DNA of 64,000 nt, from contig OX597834.1 of NCBI GenBank assembly GCA_951406725.2, positions 34,348,001 through 34,412,000 of the forward strand, given 5' to 3'. Positions 1 to 12,912 of the stretch are shown piece by piece. The translations under genes were made by a program, and so were the position numbers. How positions within the stretch are numbered: the stretch's first letter is position 1; every line of letters starts with the position of its first letter. Under the pieces are notes generated by a model that did no database searches, had not been told where the DNA came from, and saw only the letters and a program-made list of their open reading frames with translations. Source of the stretch: Octopus vulgaris (Eukaryota).

Positions 1-39
1 CTGTCCTCAATAACCTTTACTTTTCGCCTGTAGCTGAGA

Positions 40-860
40 CAATATACTACCAGGTATCAAACATTCTGTACACATTGTCGAATGCTGGTATCCTTGAAAC
101 TTTGAAATTATTATCAATTATTTAATGTGGCCAGTCATGAACAAAGGTTTGCAAACAGAGGTCTAAATCTAACATGCCAGTAATTAACTGAAAGTCCAGA
201 CACAGCAAAGCTCTATTAGGAACTTTTATCACACACCCCTACATAAATCCATTTCAGCTACACACACACACACTGTATGTGTGTGTATGTGTCTAGTTGT
301 TATGCTGCCTCAATCCAATGGATTTACTAATCCAAGTTGCTGATGCATTATACTCAATTAGCAGAAACATTTCTTGTGTCCAGCATCTCAACTGGATGAC
401 AACTTTGAGGTCTTACTAATTACATCATTTCAAGTACAATATTTTCACATTTCAGTATCCTAGGTTATCTATGGACTGAATGATTACTCACCACCTCTGC
501 AGCATAGGAATAGCAGAGTGTTTCCACCAATAATTTAACACTTCTCACACGTATCCCTACAAATCTGTTTCTAATGTTTCCTGCAGAACAAACCATTAGC
601 TCAATTCCAACTACAACTGAGAACCTCTTTTGGGGAAAAGAACCACAAAACATATTTTGAGTGTGTTTGTGTACTGTAACCAGTTAAGCAAACTCATACA
701 ACTAGCATACACTGGACCCTGCCCAAACTTATTTCATTACAAGAAATTTTTCAAAATCCACAACATTGTAAGTATTGATAGATTAAAACCAGTATTACCT
801 GACTTGCAAGAAAATTCTACAAATATTGCAAGCAATTCAAAAATAGACCATTCTCCTTAA
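40..860 (+). mobile_element. Decayed Gypsy/Ty3 LTR-retrotransposon integrase remnant
   Basis: Ordered motif relics: PGIK (~50), KALLGTFI (~207), PQSNG (~308), and VFV...LAYTGP...KFFKI...VSIDRLKP (GPY/F module, ORF 630-860). Frameshifted. Confidence 0.75.
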
Positions 861-1559
861 CATAAAAGTGTTCTCAACAAAACATTCTACGATACATACT
901 TTCTTCATCATATACATTTTCCAGACCAATCTAAGACATTTGCCAGCTAAAGTCACTCATTAATCACTATTAACCTACATTGAAACAAATTCATTCAAAA
1001 AGCAGCCAATATCATTTTGTTTCCCAATGACAACACCGCAATAATCAATCACCTTAACATTTAGCATATTTCCAACTAATTAAATAGCAATATAAACACA
1101 AGCAATATAAATTTACCCTCACACAATGGCAGCCTTTCCAACATCTCATCTTCTTTTGCAGGTATATGAAAGAATTTAATAACTCTTTTACTATGTGAAA
1201 CATTTTTATCTCAAACCAAAGAGGGAACCTCTACATGGTCACTTAAGACGCTAGAAATAGCAATCAAATCTTATTTAAATCACATCTAAAAAATGGCATA
1301 TTGAATAATATAGCCTATGATACAATATGTTCATGACTGGAATGTGTTTGATCATGTATCACCTTAATCAGCACTAATCTGGGGCTAAACAAAAATAGTG
1401 ATTCTGTGGTTTAGAGTGTAAATTTGTCTCTAACTTATTTACAGTTGAGCAGCATGAGCCATTTCAGACATTTCAGAGTTAAGTAAAGGTCTTTTTTGTT
1501 TTAGCATTGGTTCAAGGCAATCTCCACATCTCTATTTTTTTTTTTTAAAGTCAAGGTTA

Positions 1560-2988
1560 TAAAATAGAAACCGAAAGCACCGAGATGCGAATAGAAAGAT
1601 GACAAAACTTATATTCATCGACCGACGGAGAGATGAAAAGTTGTATAATTTGAACCACAGTATGATTATTTTTGAAGTGTAAAATAATAAGAGAGAGAGG
1701 TGGGCGGGAAAGAAAGAGAGAGGGAGAAAAGAGAGAGAGAGAGGAAAAATTGCTCTAAACTCGGAAATAACCTATAACTTCCGACAGATCGTTGTCAAAG
1801 CAACTTATATACTGTCGATTAGCCCCATCCCCACTCCTTTGCTTTGAAAATAAAAAATGGAAATTGTTTGCCTTATCTTGTACCATTTTATCGATAACTT
1901 CAGTGCTGACAATATATTTATTTATTTCGCACATGCCCTCATCTCTTTCCACACGTTTTTCGATCTGTATATGTGTTTTCGTACCTGTCAAAGACAGATC
2001 GATAGTATCGACTAACCCCTGGCCTTGTGCCTATATCATAAGCCGCTATTATTTTCACTTATTTTATTTTATTTATTTTAGATAAAACCGCTTTCTCACT
2101 TCTCACGAATCCAGCGCACGCATGCATCTCTATAGTCACATAAACATAAACACGCGCACGTGCGAGTTTATGAGGGAGGTGACAGTCGATTGAATCACCC
2201 CCTCAGTACTTGACTCAAAAGCAAAGTTGATTTCAGCGGAATTTGTTCTCAGAACGCCTAGGGATGTCCCCAAATACTGAAAGGTATTTTGTCTGCTACT
2301 GGAGTGGCAGACACAAGATTACAAAATCTGGAGGAGTAGAGTCTAATACATTTACTTCAGTACTTCACTGGTACTTCCTTTTATGGACCCCGGAAAGCTG
2401 AAAAACTAAGGTCAACCTAGGTGAGATTTGAACATTCTGAGTTCAGATTCTGCCGGGATCGACTTTGCCTTTCATTTTTCCGAGAGTAATTAAAATAAGT
2501 ACCTGACAAGTATGTCTCAATTGCAGAATAACCGAGCAAAATAACAAATAATATTCTCTTGCTTTCTTTTTTTTTTTTTTTTTTCGGCACAATGTGACAA
2601 AATTAAGAAGGTGGTGAAGATGTGGCCGTTGCAGTTCATGAGGTAAGGATTCGTAGCATGCTCGACTTAGAGGCAATTAATATGAAGTGAACAAAATAAT
2701 GAAACCCTCAATGCTAACGCGACTTCTCCCGACATCACAAAAGCAAAATAAACGAGGTTGCACTTTCGTAACGATCTACAATAAGAATGTTAAGTTAAAC
2801 GTAGCTTTTAACAAAATCACATAGGTGCTACATATGCTTATAATGATATATATATATTCACAAATACAAATAAATATTTGTAATTGTACACACATGCATG
2901 CACGCATGTATGGATATATGTATGTATGTATACATGCATGTATGCATATATGTATGTATGTATACATGTATGTATGTATGTATGTATG

Positions 2989-3074
<86 letters not shown>

Positions 3075-3700
3075 TGGATTGGTGTACATGTGTGTACAAA
3101 TAGGTGGGGAGGCTATTTCAGTTCATAAAGTGGGGTGTGTATATTTCATTTAGAAACCGAAGATTCTTGATTCGTAACTTTGAGAGTTTCCAGTGTCTGA
3201 TTATTCAACTCTTTGAATACTTGAAAACATGAAGTTCTGACTGAGGAAGCTAATAACACTCACATACTACACGCACGTACATATTCACATACACACGTGC
3301 GCGCACGCACGCACACCACACCCACACACATTCTCTCTCTCTCTCTCTCTCCTTTTCTCATGCATATACATACACAGACAAATCTTTATCATTGTAGAGA
3401 TCAATCGATGTCACACAGTAAACACACTCACTATGCATGTTGTGTTAGACTAAACTAATGAATATGTACGTGGACATCGTATGGTATAAATGAAGTGATC
3501 AGCCAGCCAATGGTAGAGTGACAAAGAGAAAATAAAGGTTTTTCTGTCTTTTTTACCTGTTGACAATTCTGATCACAGTTAGAGTGATGTGAGATTCAGC
3601 TGGGGCGAATTCATGGCAGAAGTATTCCTCTGTCTAACGAAAAGCAGTACCGGAGGGTTTGTAGCTGGTTCACTCTGAAGAAGTACATTTTACAAACCTT
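1560..3700. promoter_or_regulatory. CpG-retaining, promoter-like region
   Basis: CG dinucleotides are visibly frequent here and scarce in the flanking non-coding DNA. CCAAT at ~3507; strong donor GAG|GTAAGG at 2642/2643. Confidence 0.45.
2900..3072. repeat. Compound microsatellite (TATG)n-(TA)n-(TAGA)n
   Basis: Read directly. Confidence 0.95.
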
Positions 3701-3785
3701 CCTTCCAAGACATGTTCTGACCTGTTCCAGCCTGTTTCTCATTTCTCATTTTAGCTCTCTTTATCTCTTCCTCTCTATCTGTCCC

Positions 3786-3833
<48 letters not shown>

Positions 3834-3857
3834 TTGTCTGCCTTCTCTCTCTCTCAA

Positions 3858-3900
<43 letters not shown>

Positions 3901-6559
3901 AACAAAAACTACAGTTGAAATGGATTGGAGTATGGTGGAATAGCAACCTATGTAATGACAATTTAGCGGCAACTACATTGATGACATGTAGTTTACCAGC
4001 AGAAACACACATGCACACTCCACTCATACACACCTTTTTTTTATTCCTGTAATGGCTTCAACTATTATATTGCAGCCATGGTTAGATGTTGCCCTTCAAT
4101 GGTCTAGTCAATTTTATGGCCTCATTACTTAATTGATTTCCAATTTTGTCCTGGGACGTGAATTTTGGATCCTCAGTATCTTGCTATTTCCAACAGAAAT
4201 TTATAGTAGGAGTCTAATAATATAGTCAATGTTCATACACATATTCATATGTCATACTCTACACATGTGTAAGGATCAATGTGGATTTCATGTTATAGCT
4301 AAACATTTCATTTTATATATACACACAAACACTTATCAAATTCTACATATTTATATAAGAACCTATGATAACACATATTAAACTACATGCATACATATAC
4401 ACACATGTGAAAATGTGTACAAGCATATGCCTATGCATATACATTCCTTTTCTGTTCCTTATCAGAGAAATTGGAGAATTGGTTTAGTTTCATCATTGAC
4501 TCCATTTACCTTTCAGTAATTGATCTATATGTCTGCTGAATTTATATTCTTTTGATAATTCTTTTGATTTTATTCTATCTTCTATGATCTAATATAAAGC
4601 CATTTCTTAGGCAAGTTCCTTTTATATTTTAATTGATGGCACTAGAAACCAAATCTTTTGAAGTATGTTGTCACCTTTGGATATTTTAGATTACTTTATT
4701 CAATTCCTGCTGCTACCACTTAACACCCACATTACTGTCTTCATCACCATCATTATCATGATCTTTTCCATCATTCCCTCTAAAATTTCAGTTCTGTTGG
4801 TATAATCTCTGCTACTACCACTGCTACTACTGACATATCATCATCACCACCACCAACACCACCACCTCCACCATCACTATTCCAACCATGATATTCTATT
4901 TAATGAGATTTTTAACCTTGGCAAAAGGCCATGTATTTTGGTCAATTAGATTGATCCTAGTACTTGATTGGTATATATTTTATCAAGCTTGGAGGAATGA
5001 GAAGCAAAGTTACTCTTGGTGGATTTGAACTCAAGGAGATATGACTCAATACTAAAAAGCATTTTGTTTAACTCTCAACCAATTGTAACACTATACAGCA
5101 TTCTGTGTGATAAGACATCTTGAAATTAACTCTTTTCTGAGTAAAGGCATGATATGTGATTTAGAACATTGCAATTATGTGTGTTCATATTCAATTCTAC
5201 TTTGGGCAAGTGTCTTCTTGAGATAACAAAATTTGGTAAATAGAAACAGCTTGGAAGTTCATTGAGAGTCCATCCGTTCTTCTTTTGGGGTGGTAAAGTA
5301 AATCTGTCATTATGTTTTAACATCATCACCTGGATCTTGGGTATTTTTAGCAGTAGTACTTTGTTGCTAGTATTCAGGTTAGATTGCCAGTCTGAGGATA
5401 ACATATTTCACCAGTATAAGAGGCCTTGAAAATGTCATGGGTGCTGCCTTTTCTCTTCTGACTAAACAATTAGAAGAAAATAAAACTTGCAATGTATAGT
5501 GTGATTCCTTATAGTTTGTGAGTATGCATATTTAAAAATTATAATGTTGTTGTACTAATCCAGGATTTGAACTGGCATCTTTACCTTCTTTCTACTGGTC
5601 ATTGTGGTATCAGTGGCACTAGAGTTGTTCCTATTCCTGGTATCTAAGTAAACTTGGACCTTGTAGAAGCAAATTTATTGCTTGAGCATTAATGAAATAG
5701 CTATTTACTGTTAGATGGCTATTTATTCAACATTTTTGAATTTGTTTTACAAGGATTGGGATCTGAAACCATGTGTTGAAACCAATATTGTTATTCAGGA
5801 ATACCCCACATTATCAAAGTGGTGTGTTCCTGAAAAAGTTACTGCATGCAAAATTAATTTTTCCATTGATTTTCATGTTTAACAATTTCTGATGGATTTG
5901 AAACAACACCAGAAAACAAACAACACTATCACTTTTATACATGAAAATAACAATTTCAAATCATACATGGTATTGTGTGTATATATAAAAATATTTGATA
6001 GGAAGTATCTACGGGAATAATGCAATATCATAACCATTAGGTGTATGACTGAGTGGTTAGGGTGTTGCAGTCATGATTGCCAGATTGTGGGTTCAGTTCC
6101 CAGGTCAGGTGGCATGTTGTGTCCTTGAGCAAAATACTTCATTTCAAGTTGCTCTAGTGCTATGTGGGTATCATCATGTCAAAGAATAGACACATTTCTT
6201 CTGTGCATCATAAAAGGCAACTAAAAATGGTTGAAGTAAGGTTTGCACTCTGACCTCGTAAAAACCCTCATTAATGACTACCCAAACAGACACATGGGTT
6301 GGAGGGTTGTTGCCTGAGTGGTGTGAAGAGAGGGAATCATCAACAAATGGTGGATGCAGCAATGCACTGTTACAGCACATGCCCCCATGCGACTGCTACT
6401 AATAGGTTACATTCTTACCACAAAAATTAATGACTATTGTGTGATGCTGGAATGAGAATTACTGGGAGGATGAGTGACACTTTCTTCTATCATATAGTTC
6501 ATCATCATCAATATCTGCTTGGGGGCTGAAGAACTTATCTTAAATTGCTTGATCTTTAT

Positions 6560-8110
6560 GGCAATTCAGTGTAGGAACTGAGCTCATTGTAAACTCCCCT
6601 TGTAATTTTTAGGCTGTGTTCATGAGTAGAGTTATTGTCAGAGAATCTTGCAGAACCTTCCTGTATAAGTGCCAACTCTTTAGCAATATTCTTGGTAAAT
6701 AATTTAAACGGAATTGGTGGAATTTCCATATTCTCATCTTCTCAGCTCGCTCTTGTTCTAATGGCATCAGGTCTATATTAGACAAACTTTCCCTATGGGA
6801 TACTAGCAACTCAACCACAGCATCTTCTGGTTTCTTCAAACCCTACAAGAGTTGCAAATGTTTGAATACCTTTCTGAATTTAACGCAAACATTCTGCTTG
6901 CAGAAAACTTCTAAGAAATGCAGATACAGTCTGGTCAAATATATTTTTCCAAGTATCATTCAAAGTTAAGGATTTCACTTCTCATAACTCAGCTATGTTT
7001 TCCACAGCATCCATTATATTGAACTTCTTCCCAATGTCTTTAATGGTAGGTTTATCCTCCCCGTCAATGGCTTTCATAAGTTGTTTAAAAGTTCTTCCCA
7101 AATATACCTTGAAGTTAACTATCAAATCTTGATTCACTGACTGGAGCAAACAAAGTTACACTGCTAGGGATATATTCTACTCTCAAATTATCAGAAAGCT
7201 CATTTAAGTTTACTGGGTGGTTTAGTGTATTGTGAACAATGAACAATGCTTTGTTGGAAAATGAGCAATATTTTGTTAGAAATATCACATCTGAACAAAA
7301 ATATATTAGTAAACTGCTTTTTGAAAACCCTCTTTGTCATCCATGCCTTCTTATTTAAACTCCAGATCAGGCAAATTAAACTTGTAACCTTGGGAAACCC
7401 TTTGATTTTTGGAATGACATAGGAGTAGGGACTTTCATTTTATATCACCAGTGGCAATTTCTCCCAGAAGTGTCAGTTTCCTTCTTGAGAAATGAAGTTC
7501 TATCAGGCATGAACTCTAGAAAAATGCAGTTTCATCAAAGTTGTATATTTGCTCTGGTGTGTTGTCCCCTTCTGCAATCACATTTTTCCAGCTACTCAGG
7601 ATAATAAGTTGCAGCCTTTGTGTCAGCACTGGCAGTTTCACCAGTCATTTTTATAATGTGCAAATTCAAGCACTTCTTAAACTTTTCAAATTAGCTTTTA
7701 CTAGTTAGAAAAGATTTTTCATTAGAAGTTTCACCTTCCTTTTTCTGCAAATTGTCATACAAACTTTTGGATTTTGTTTAATAACCATTGTGCTTATTGG
7801 TACAATGTACCAAATCTGATCCTCAATCCATAAAATGAAGAGCTATTCCACTTTAAGCATCACAGATCTATGAAAAAATAAGGTCTGAACAGTTAACAGA
7901 GTAACTTCTTGAGCACTCAGTTTTTTCTTTATTATCACATACTGTTTCCACTGTAGATGTTTCAAGTTTAATCTTTTGTCAATATGGCTGATTTTTTATC
8001 CTGCATCAAGCCTTTTAAAACAAGATTTTGATCCTGTATGATCCTTTTACAATTCCCTTTTGTACTACTTCTTTTAGTTCCATTTGATGGCTTCTTTCCA
8101 CACATCTTGA
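6560..8110 (-). mobile_element. Tigger/pogo-like DNA transposase remnant
   Basis: Minus-strand relics LWIEDQ, FEKFKK..NLHIIKMTGETASAD, PEQIYNFDETAFF and MPDRT (CENP-B-type HTH plus DDE_1). Many stops and frameshifts. Confidence 0.85.
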
Positions 8111-8807
8111 ACTGTAAGTAAATCCAAAAGTGACTGTGATCCACAATTATCTACAACAAATATGAGTACCTGAAAAGAAGTGTTATATGAAAACAAATAT
8201 GATAAACTTATTTCTATAGATGTAAAAATGGAATTGAGAAAATGAAAGGCTCATAGAATGAGGTGTGGAAGTACTATATGATTATAGTTAGTTGATGAGT
8301 TGCCAGGTTCATGGACACTTCACCCCCAGCACATCTGACTTAAGCCATAAAATCTCACACACTCTCATACACACACACACACATGCGCATGCATGCACAC
8401 ACACACACCATTGTGTTGAGATATAACATATTAACATATGTAGATATAGACATTGCTATCATGCTGACAAAATTTTTTTGTGTTGTTGCCTATTGGTTAT
8501 TTGAAAGGTTGGTAGTTGTGATGGTGGTGATGGTTGAATTGGCTCAATGATGGTGGGGTTACTGTTGTTGGTGGTGGGGGTTATATTGTTCTTGTTAATT
8601 GTATTGTTGATATTTAGTCTCAAGTCAATTTCCATTGACTTAAGGCCAGATGTTCCATTCAGCATTGAAAATACACTAAAGTACATTATCTCATGGGATT
8701 GTCTGTTTTTAAGTTTAGATAGGGTTGCTTATATCATTCATACTTTTATTACTGTTGATCATTAAGGAGTGGTTGTATTAATTTTGGCCTTGATACTGGT
8801 TATGTTG

Positions 8808-9328
8808 AGGTGGGGAAACTTTTTAGTGTGGCAGGCAAACATTTTCTAAGAAAAAGGTCCACAGGCAGATCACAAGTTTTAACTCTTATATCTGTGTAAA
8901 TCTTGTATATATCTCAAACCGTCCAACCAATGCCAGCATGGAAAATGGACATTAAACGATGATGATGATAACATCTTCATTAACGCCACTACTGAATTTA
9001 AGACATTTATATTACTTAAGTATTCTATATTTTTTAGCTAGAGTGTAGTTGGGTCTCAGCGGGGTGGTACAAACCTAGCAGTATGTGTTTTATAGTGAAA
9101 ACAAAATTTCCATTCAAATGGCAATTACTTGACAATTTCTATTTGAGTCTGACCACTTTAAGTCATAGTGGAAACATGACTTATGTCACAAATAGGCATA
9201 TGAATATTGTATAAATTTTATGAGTGAAAAATTTACTATATTTTATACATATGAGTATATCAGCCTGTGGGCACAATAAAATGGGCTCTCAGGTGCAATT
9301 GGGCCCGCGGGCAGGAGTTTCCCCACCT
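8808..9328. mobile_element. hAT/Charlie-like MITE
   Basis: Perfect 13-bp terminal inverted repeat AGGTGGGGAAACT (8808-8820) / AGTTTCCCCACCT (9316-9328), with subterminal GGCCCGCGGGC typical of hAT MITEs. Confidence 0.65.
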
Positions 9329-9449
9329 TCGGTGTAGATGATAGATATTGGTGACAATGAAGGTAAATTTATGTACATAAATATATGATGATTATCCACT
9401 CAAGACCAAGGAAGACTATCATTGACCATTATGAACATTGTGCACTCAG

Positions 9450-9875
9450 ACAAATTTATGCTTTACAGATGTGGCTCTGCTGGGTAGTAATGGTCCCAGC
9501 TAGTGATAAACATACATGTCTGCAAATATGCAGGCCAAGCTTCCTCAGTTCACTACACTTGTGGTGCAAAAAAAGTTCATGTTTTATGAAAATATCTTCT
9601 CCTTCCTTTACTTGTTTCCTCCATTGGTGGTGATGATAAGCATTGCCTTCAACAGGGATTTCAGTGTCATGGTTGGAAAAGATTGGCAAACATGGAACTC
9701 TTTTAGGAAGATGAATAACAGTAGCTATAGTCTCACGGTCCTAGAGCATTGAGGAGTATGGTCTTTACATTGCAAGCACTAACATTATGCACAAAGGTTG
9801 TCACACAACATGGATGTATCTGAGGTCTAAAGTCTGGCACTTGCTGGATTGTGTTATCATTTGCAAGCATGATAT
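9450..9875 (+). mobile_element. RTE-clade LINE AP-endonuclease remnant
   Basis: RDFSVMVGKDWQTW (cf. GDFNARVG) and TTWMYLRSKVWHLLDCVI (cf. TTWMHPRSKHWHLLDYV). Confidence 0.75.
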
Positions 9876-9886
9876 CTATCTATCTA

Positions 9887-9938
<52 letters not shown>

Positions 9939-10157
9939 CCTATCTATCTATTGATAGATAGATAGATAGATAGATACTTGTTGTAACCCAAGAAAATATA
10001 CATAAACATACATACAAAAATCCAATGAAAAATTTCACCTCACACTTCATAAGTGCTCATAGTGATGCATACACAAACACTTACGCTCACAAACACACAA
10101 TATATAAGCATATTTGTGTGTATGTATCATGATTAAAGTTCTTCAAATTGCTAACTC

Positions 10158-10186
10158 CTTTGATCTTGGCTAAAATGCTAAGAAGC
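10158..10186 (-). pseudogene. Possible U2 snRNA 5' fragment
   Basis: GCTTCTTAGCATTTTAGCCAAGATCAA versus U2 GCTTCTCGGCCTTTTGGCTAAGATCAA: 22/27 identical, and 4 of the 5 differences are transitions. Confidence 0.35.
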
Positions 10187-11482
10187 CGAGCTTTGGCTAA
10201 GAAGAAAGAGTAATTTTTAAATTCTTAAAATTCATCCAAAAGAGCAAAATTCAGACTATATTTGAAAATTAGTGGTCATAATTTACAATTTATGCCAATG
10301 CAAATCCTGTAACCTGAGATAGCCATAATGCAGAGATTCCTGTATTTTGAAAGAGATATTTAAACACACACATACACTGATTTTTAAGCTTTAATATGAC
10401 TCTTACAAAATGCAGCAATATTTATTCAACATTATCAGTATACACTTCTATCTCCCTCTGCGAAGTGTTCTGCTTGAAATGTTAGATTTCTTCTCTTCTT
10501 CTTAGCAAAATGTGAGCTTTTTATACTTTGTGCTTGTTTATATAGTCCATCACTTGTCTCTTGGGATTCTATGTTTTTTTGAGCTATTGTGAGTTAGGTG
10601 ACTTTGTTCAAAAGTCACAACTCCACTAATGGGATATAAATCAACTCAGTCAGTAGTGACTATAGTGAGAAAATAACTGATGAAATCCCTTTCTTTTGAT
10701 TTAATTTGTATTCATCTTCATTTTCATATAAGGATTTCTTACATTACCCTGAAACTTTGCACTTGTACAGAGATTGGAAACGACCTTTCAGAAGAAAAGG
10801 TAATAAGTAAAGCTGTTCTAATCTGGTATCATACATGGGCTATGGACTTGGTTCATCTCGCCATATCATACTTAATGTGGCTATTCTTTAGTGCTGTGAT
10901 ATAATGTAGGGAAATTGCTGTCATGTATTTTATTATGATGTGAATTCAAAGATGTAAGAAACTGAGCTTAATAAATCACCAAAGCTAATTACTAAGAGAT
11001 ACCATCCACTTGACAAAAATGGTTAAGCTTGTGTTAGCATGTTGATTGTAATGAACATCATAGATATAATTAGAAATTATTATATGTTGGGGTAACATTA
11101 GGTTTAGCTCAAGAATTGTTATTTTAATAATTTCAACATACATGAGACAAATCCAGACAAGTTTTGCTCTTATTACCTTCTCAATTGAAACAGATTTCAT
11201 TGTAGTTAATAGAGTAGTAACGAGATAGTAACAAGATATTCACTAAATAAATGTACATGACTGTAAATGAGTAAGCATGAAAATTAGCACGTTTTAAAAA
11301 AATAAATCAGTTTGATTGCAAGAGATGTCATATGTCTGAAAAGCAATAGTTAACATATATGATATGCAAGCATCAAAAAATCCAATTATATACAACATTT
11401 TGTTTTCAATGTGCTAATCTTTCACACCTTACTTATTTACAGTATTGTATATCAATTTAGTGATTCTCTTGATTCTTCTTTG

Positions 11483-11560
11483 GCAAGTACAGTAAAGTCT
11501 ATACTACACTGAAGAGGTCTAATAATATCAAAACGTGTATGGAGAGTTTGCCATACTTGC
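11483..11560 (+). ncRNA. Decayed hammerhead-ribozyme-like motif in a Penelope-like remnant
   Basis: CUGAAGA (11509-15) - GGUC uaauaa uauc - AAAAC GUG UA, enclosed by the stem GCAAGUA/UACUUGC. Confidence 0.5.
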
Positions 11561-12717
11561 AAAAATAGTTAAAATGGTATTGATACATAGCCTAATGTTA
11601 TCTTTTACTCACTGCATTAATATGTTAGTACTACATTACATTAAGTATTTAGAGTGACATTGTCTCCTATACTATCACCATACAAACATCAAATATTATA
11701 CTATATATTGTATAGTGAGGAGCACCCAAAAGCATAAAAAAGGTAAAAGTAGACTCACAATAAATTTGAGTCAACTCTAGTTTTAAATACCAATTTAAGA
11801 CATTTTTTAATGATGTTAATGATTTTAGGACATTTATGAATATCACAACATCTAATTTTTCTTCTCTATAAATATAAAGTGTTATTCCTAGGTAAAAAAT
11901 CAATTTTGCATTTGATGTACTATTTTAGTTTGGTACTGTGTTAGTATGCTAGTTGTAATCCTCTTTCTATTAGTAGTGTCAGAAGCCATTAAGCTTGATT
12001 GGTGAGAGGTGGGATGTATAGGTACATAGTGAATCTGTAGTCTTGCCTAGACTTGAGTCTGTTCTGGAATGTTATTTTTGCAACATTGGGTTAAAGCAGG
12101 TTTCAGGAATTTACAACCCTGAAATTGCCTCTATTTCTTTATCTTTTGGTTTCCAATTTATGGCAATTAATTGTCTTTTGTTGTTGTTATTGCTGAGTAG
12201 AGGAATTCCTGAATGTACACAATACAAAGTGTGAATGTTCTTGCATATATTTTGGTTGCTCTGGTATATTGGTGGTATCAGATAAAGCTTTTACTCACAA
12301 TTGATTAGCACTAAGAATACTTGTATATTTTAGTATCCGTTGTGTAATTCTTCTAGCAATTGTGTACTGTGAAAGGGTGGATTTATATGACTGAGTAGTA
12401 CCATCATTGCCACAGATATCTCCAACTACAACAATTTAGCTGCTGTTTGTTTTTGTGCTGTTTTTTCATGTTTGTTTGAATCTCCACTCTGACAACTTAG
12501 ACACTTTTCAAGCTACAAAGTATATATATTTTCATTAATGATTGTTAATCAAAATAGTTGATTTTTTTCAAAAATTACCCTTTTAACAAGTTACTTAGAT
12601 TTTAAATGCATGACCCAAGCTCTTATCAGTGTTATACACTAGACAGATTACAGGTCAATAAAAAATTATCAGTTCCACAGAAAGTGATAAAAGCAATAGA
12701 AATAGTTACAGAATTTC

Positions 12718-12912
12718 TTTCAGATATTAATAGATATAGTAGTTAGTATAGCTGGCAGTATGGTAGTGATTGCAGTGAGAACAGATAGATAGTTAACGAT
12801 GCAAAATGCTTTCAGATATTAATGGATATAATAGTTAGTATATCTGGCTATATAGTAGTGATTATGGTAAAAGCGAAAGCTAATGATGCAAAAATGCTTT
12901 CAAATACTAACT
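12718..12912. repeat. Degenerate ~90-bp direct repeat, about 2.1 copies
   Basis: TTTCAGATATTAAT...TAGTTAGTATA..TGGC..GATGCAAAATGC occurs twice, followed by TTTCAAATACTAA. Confidence 0.8.

Noticed and set aside
1755-2085. Overlapping 78-aa and 97-aa ORFs in the CpG-rich region
   Set aside because: Both use non-ATG starts, show no recognisable homology, and partly run into SINE-like sequence.
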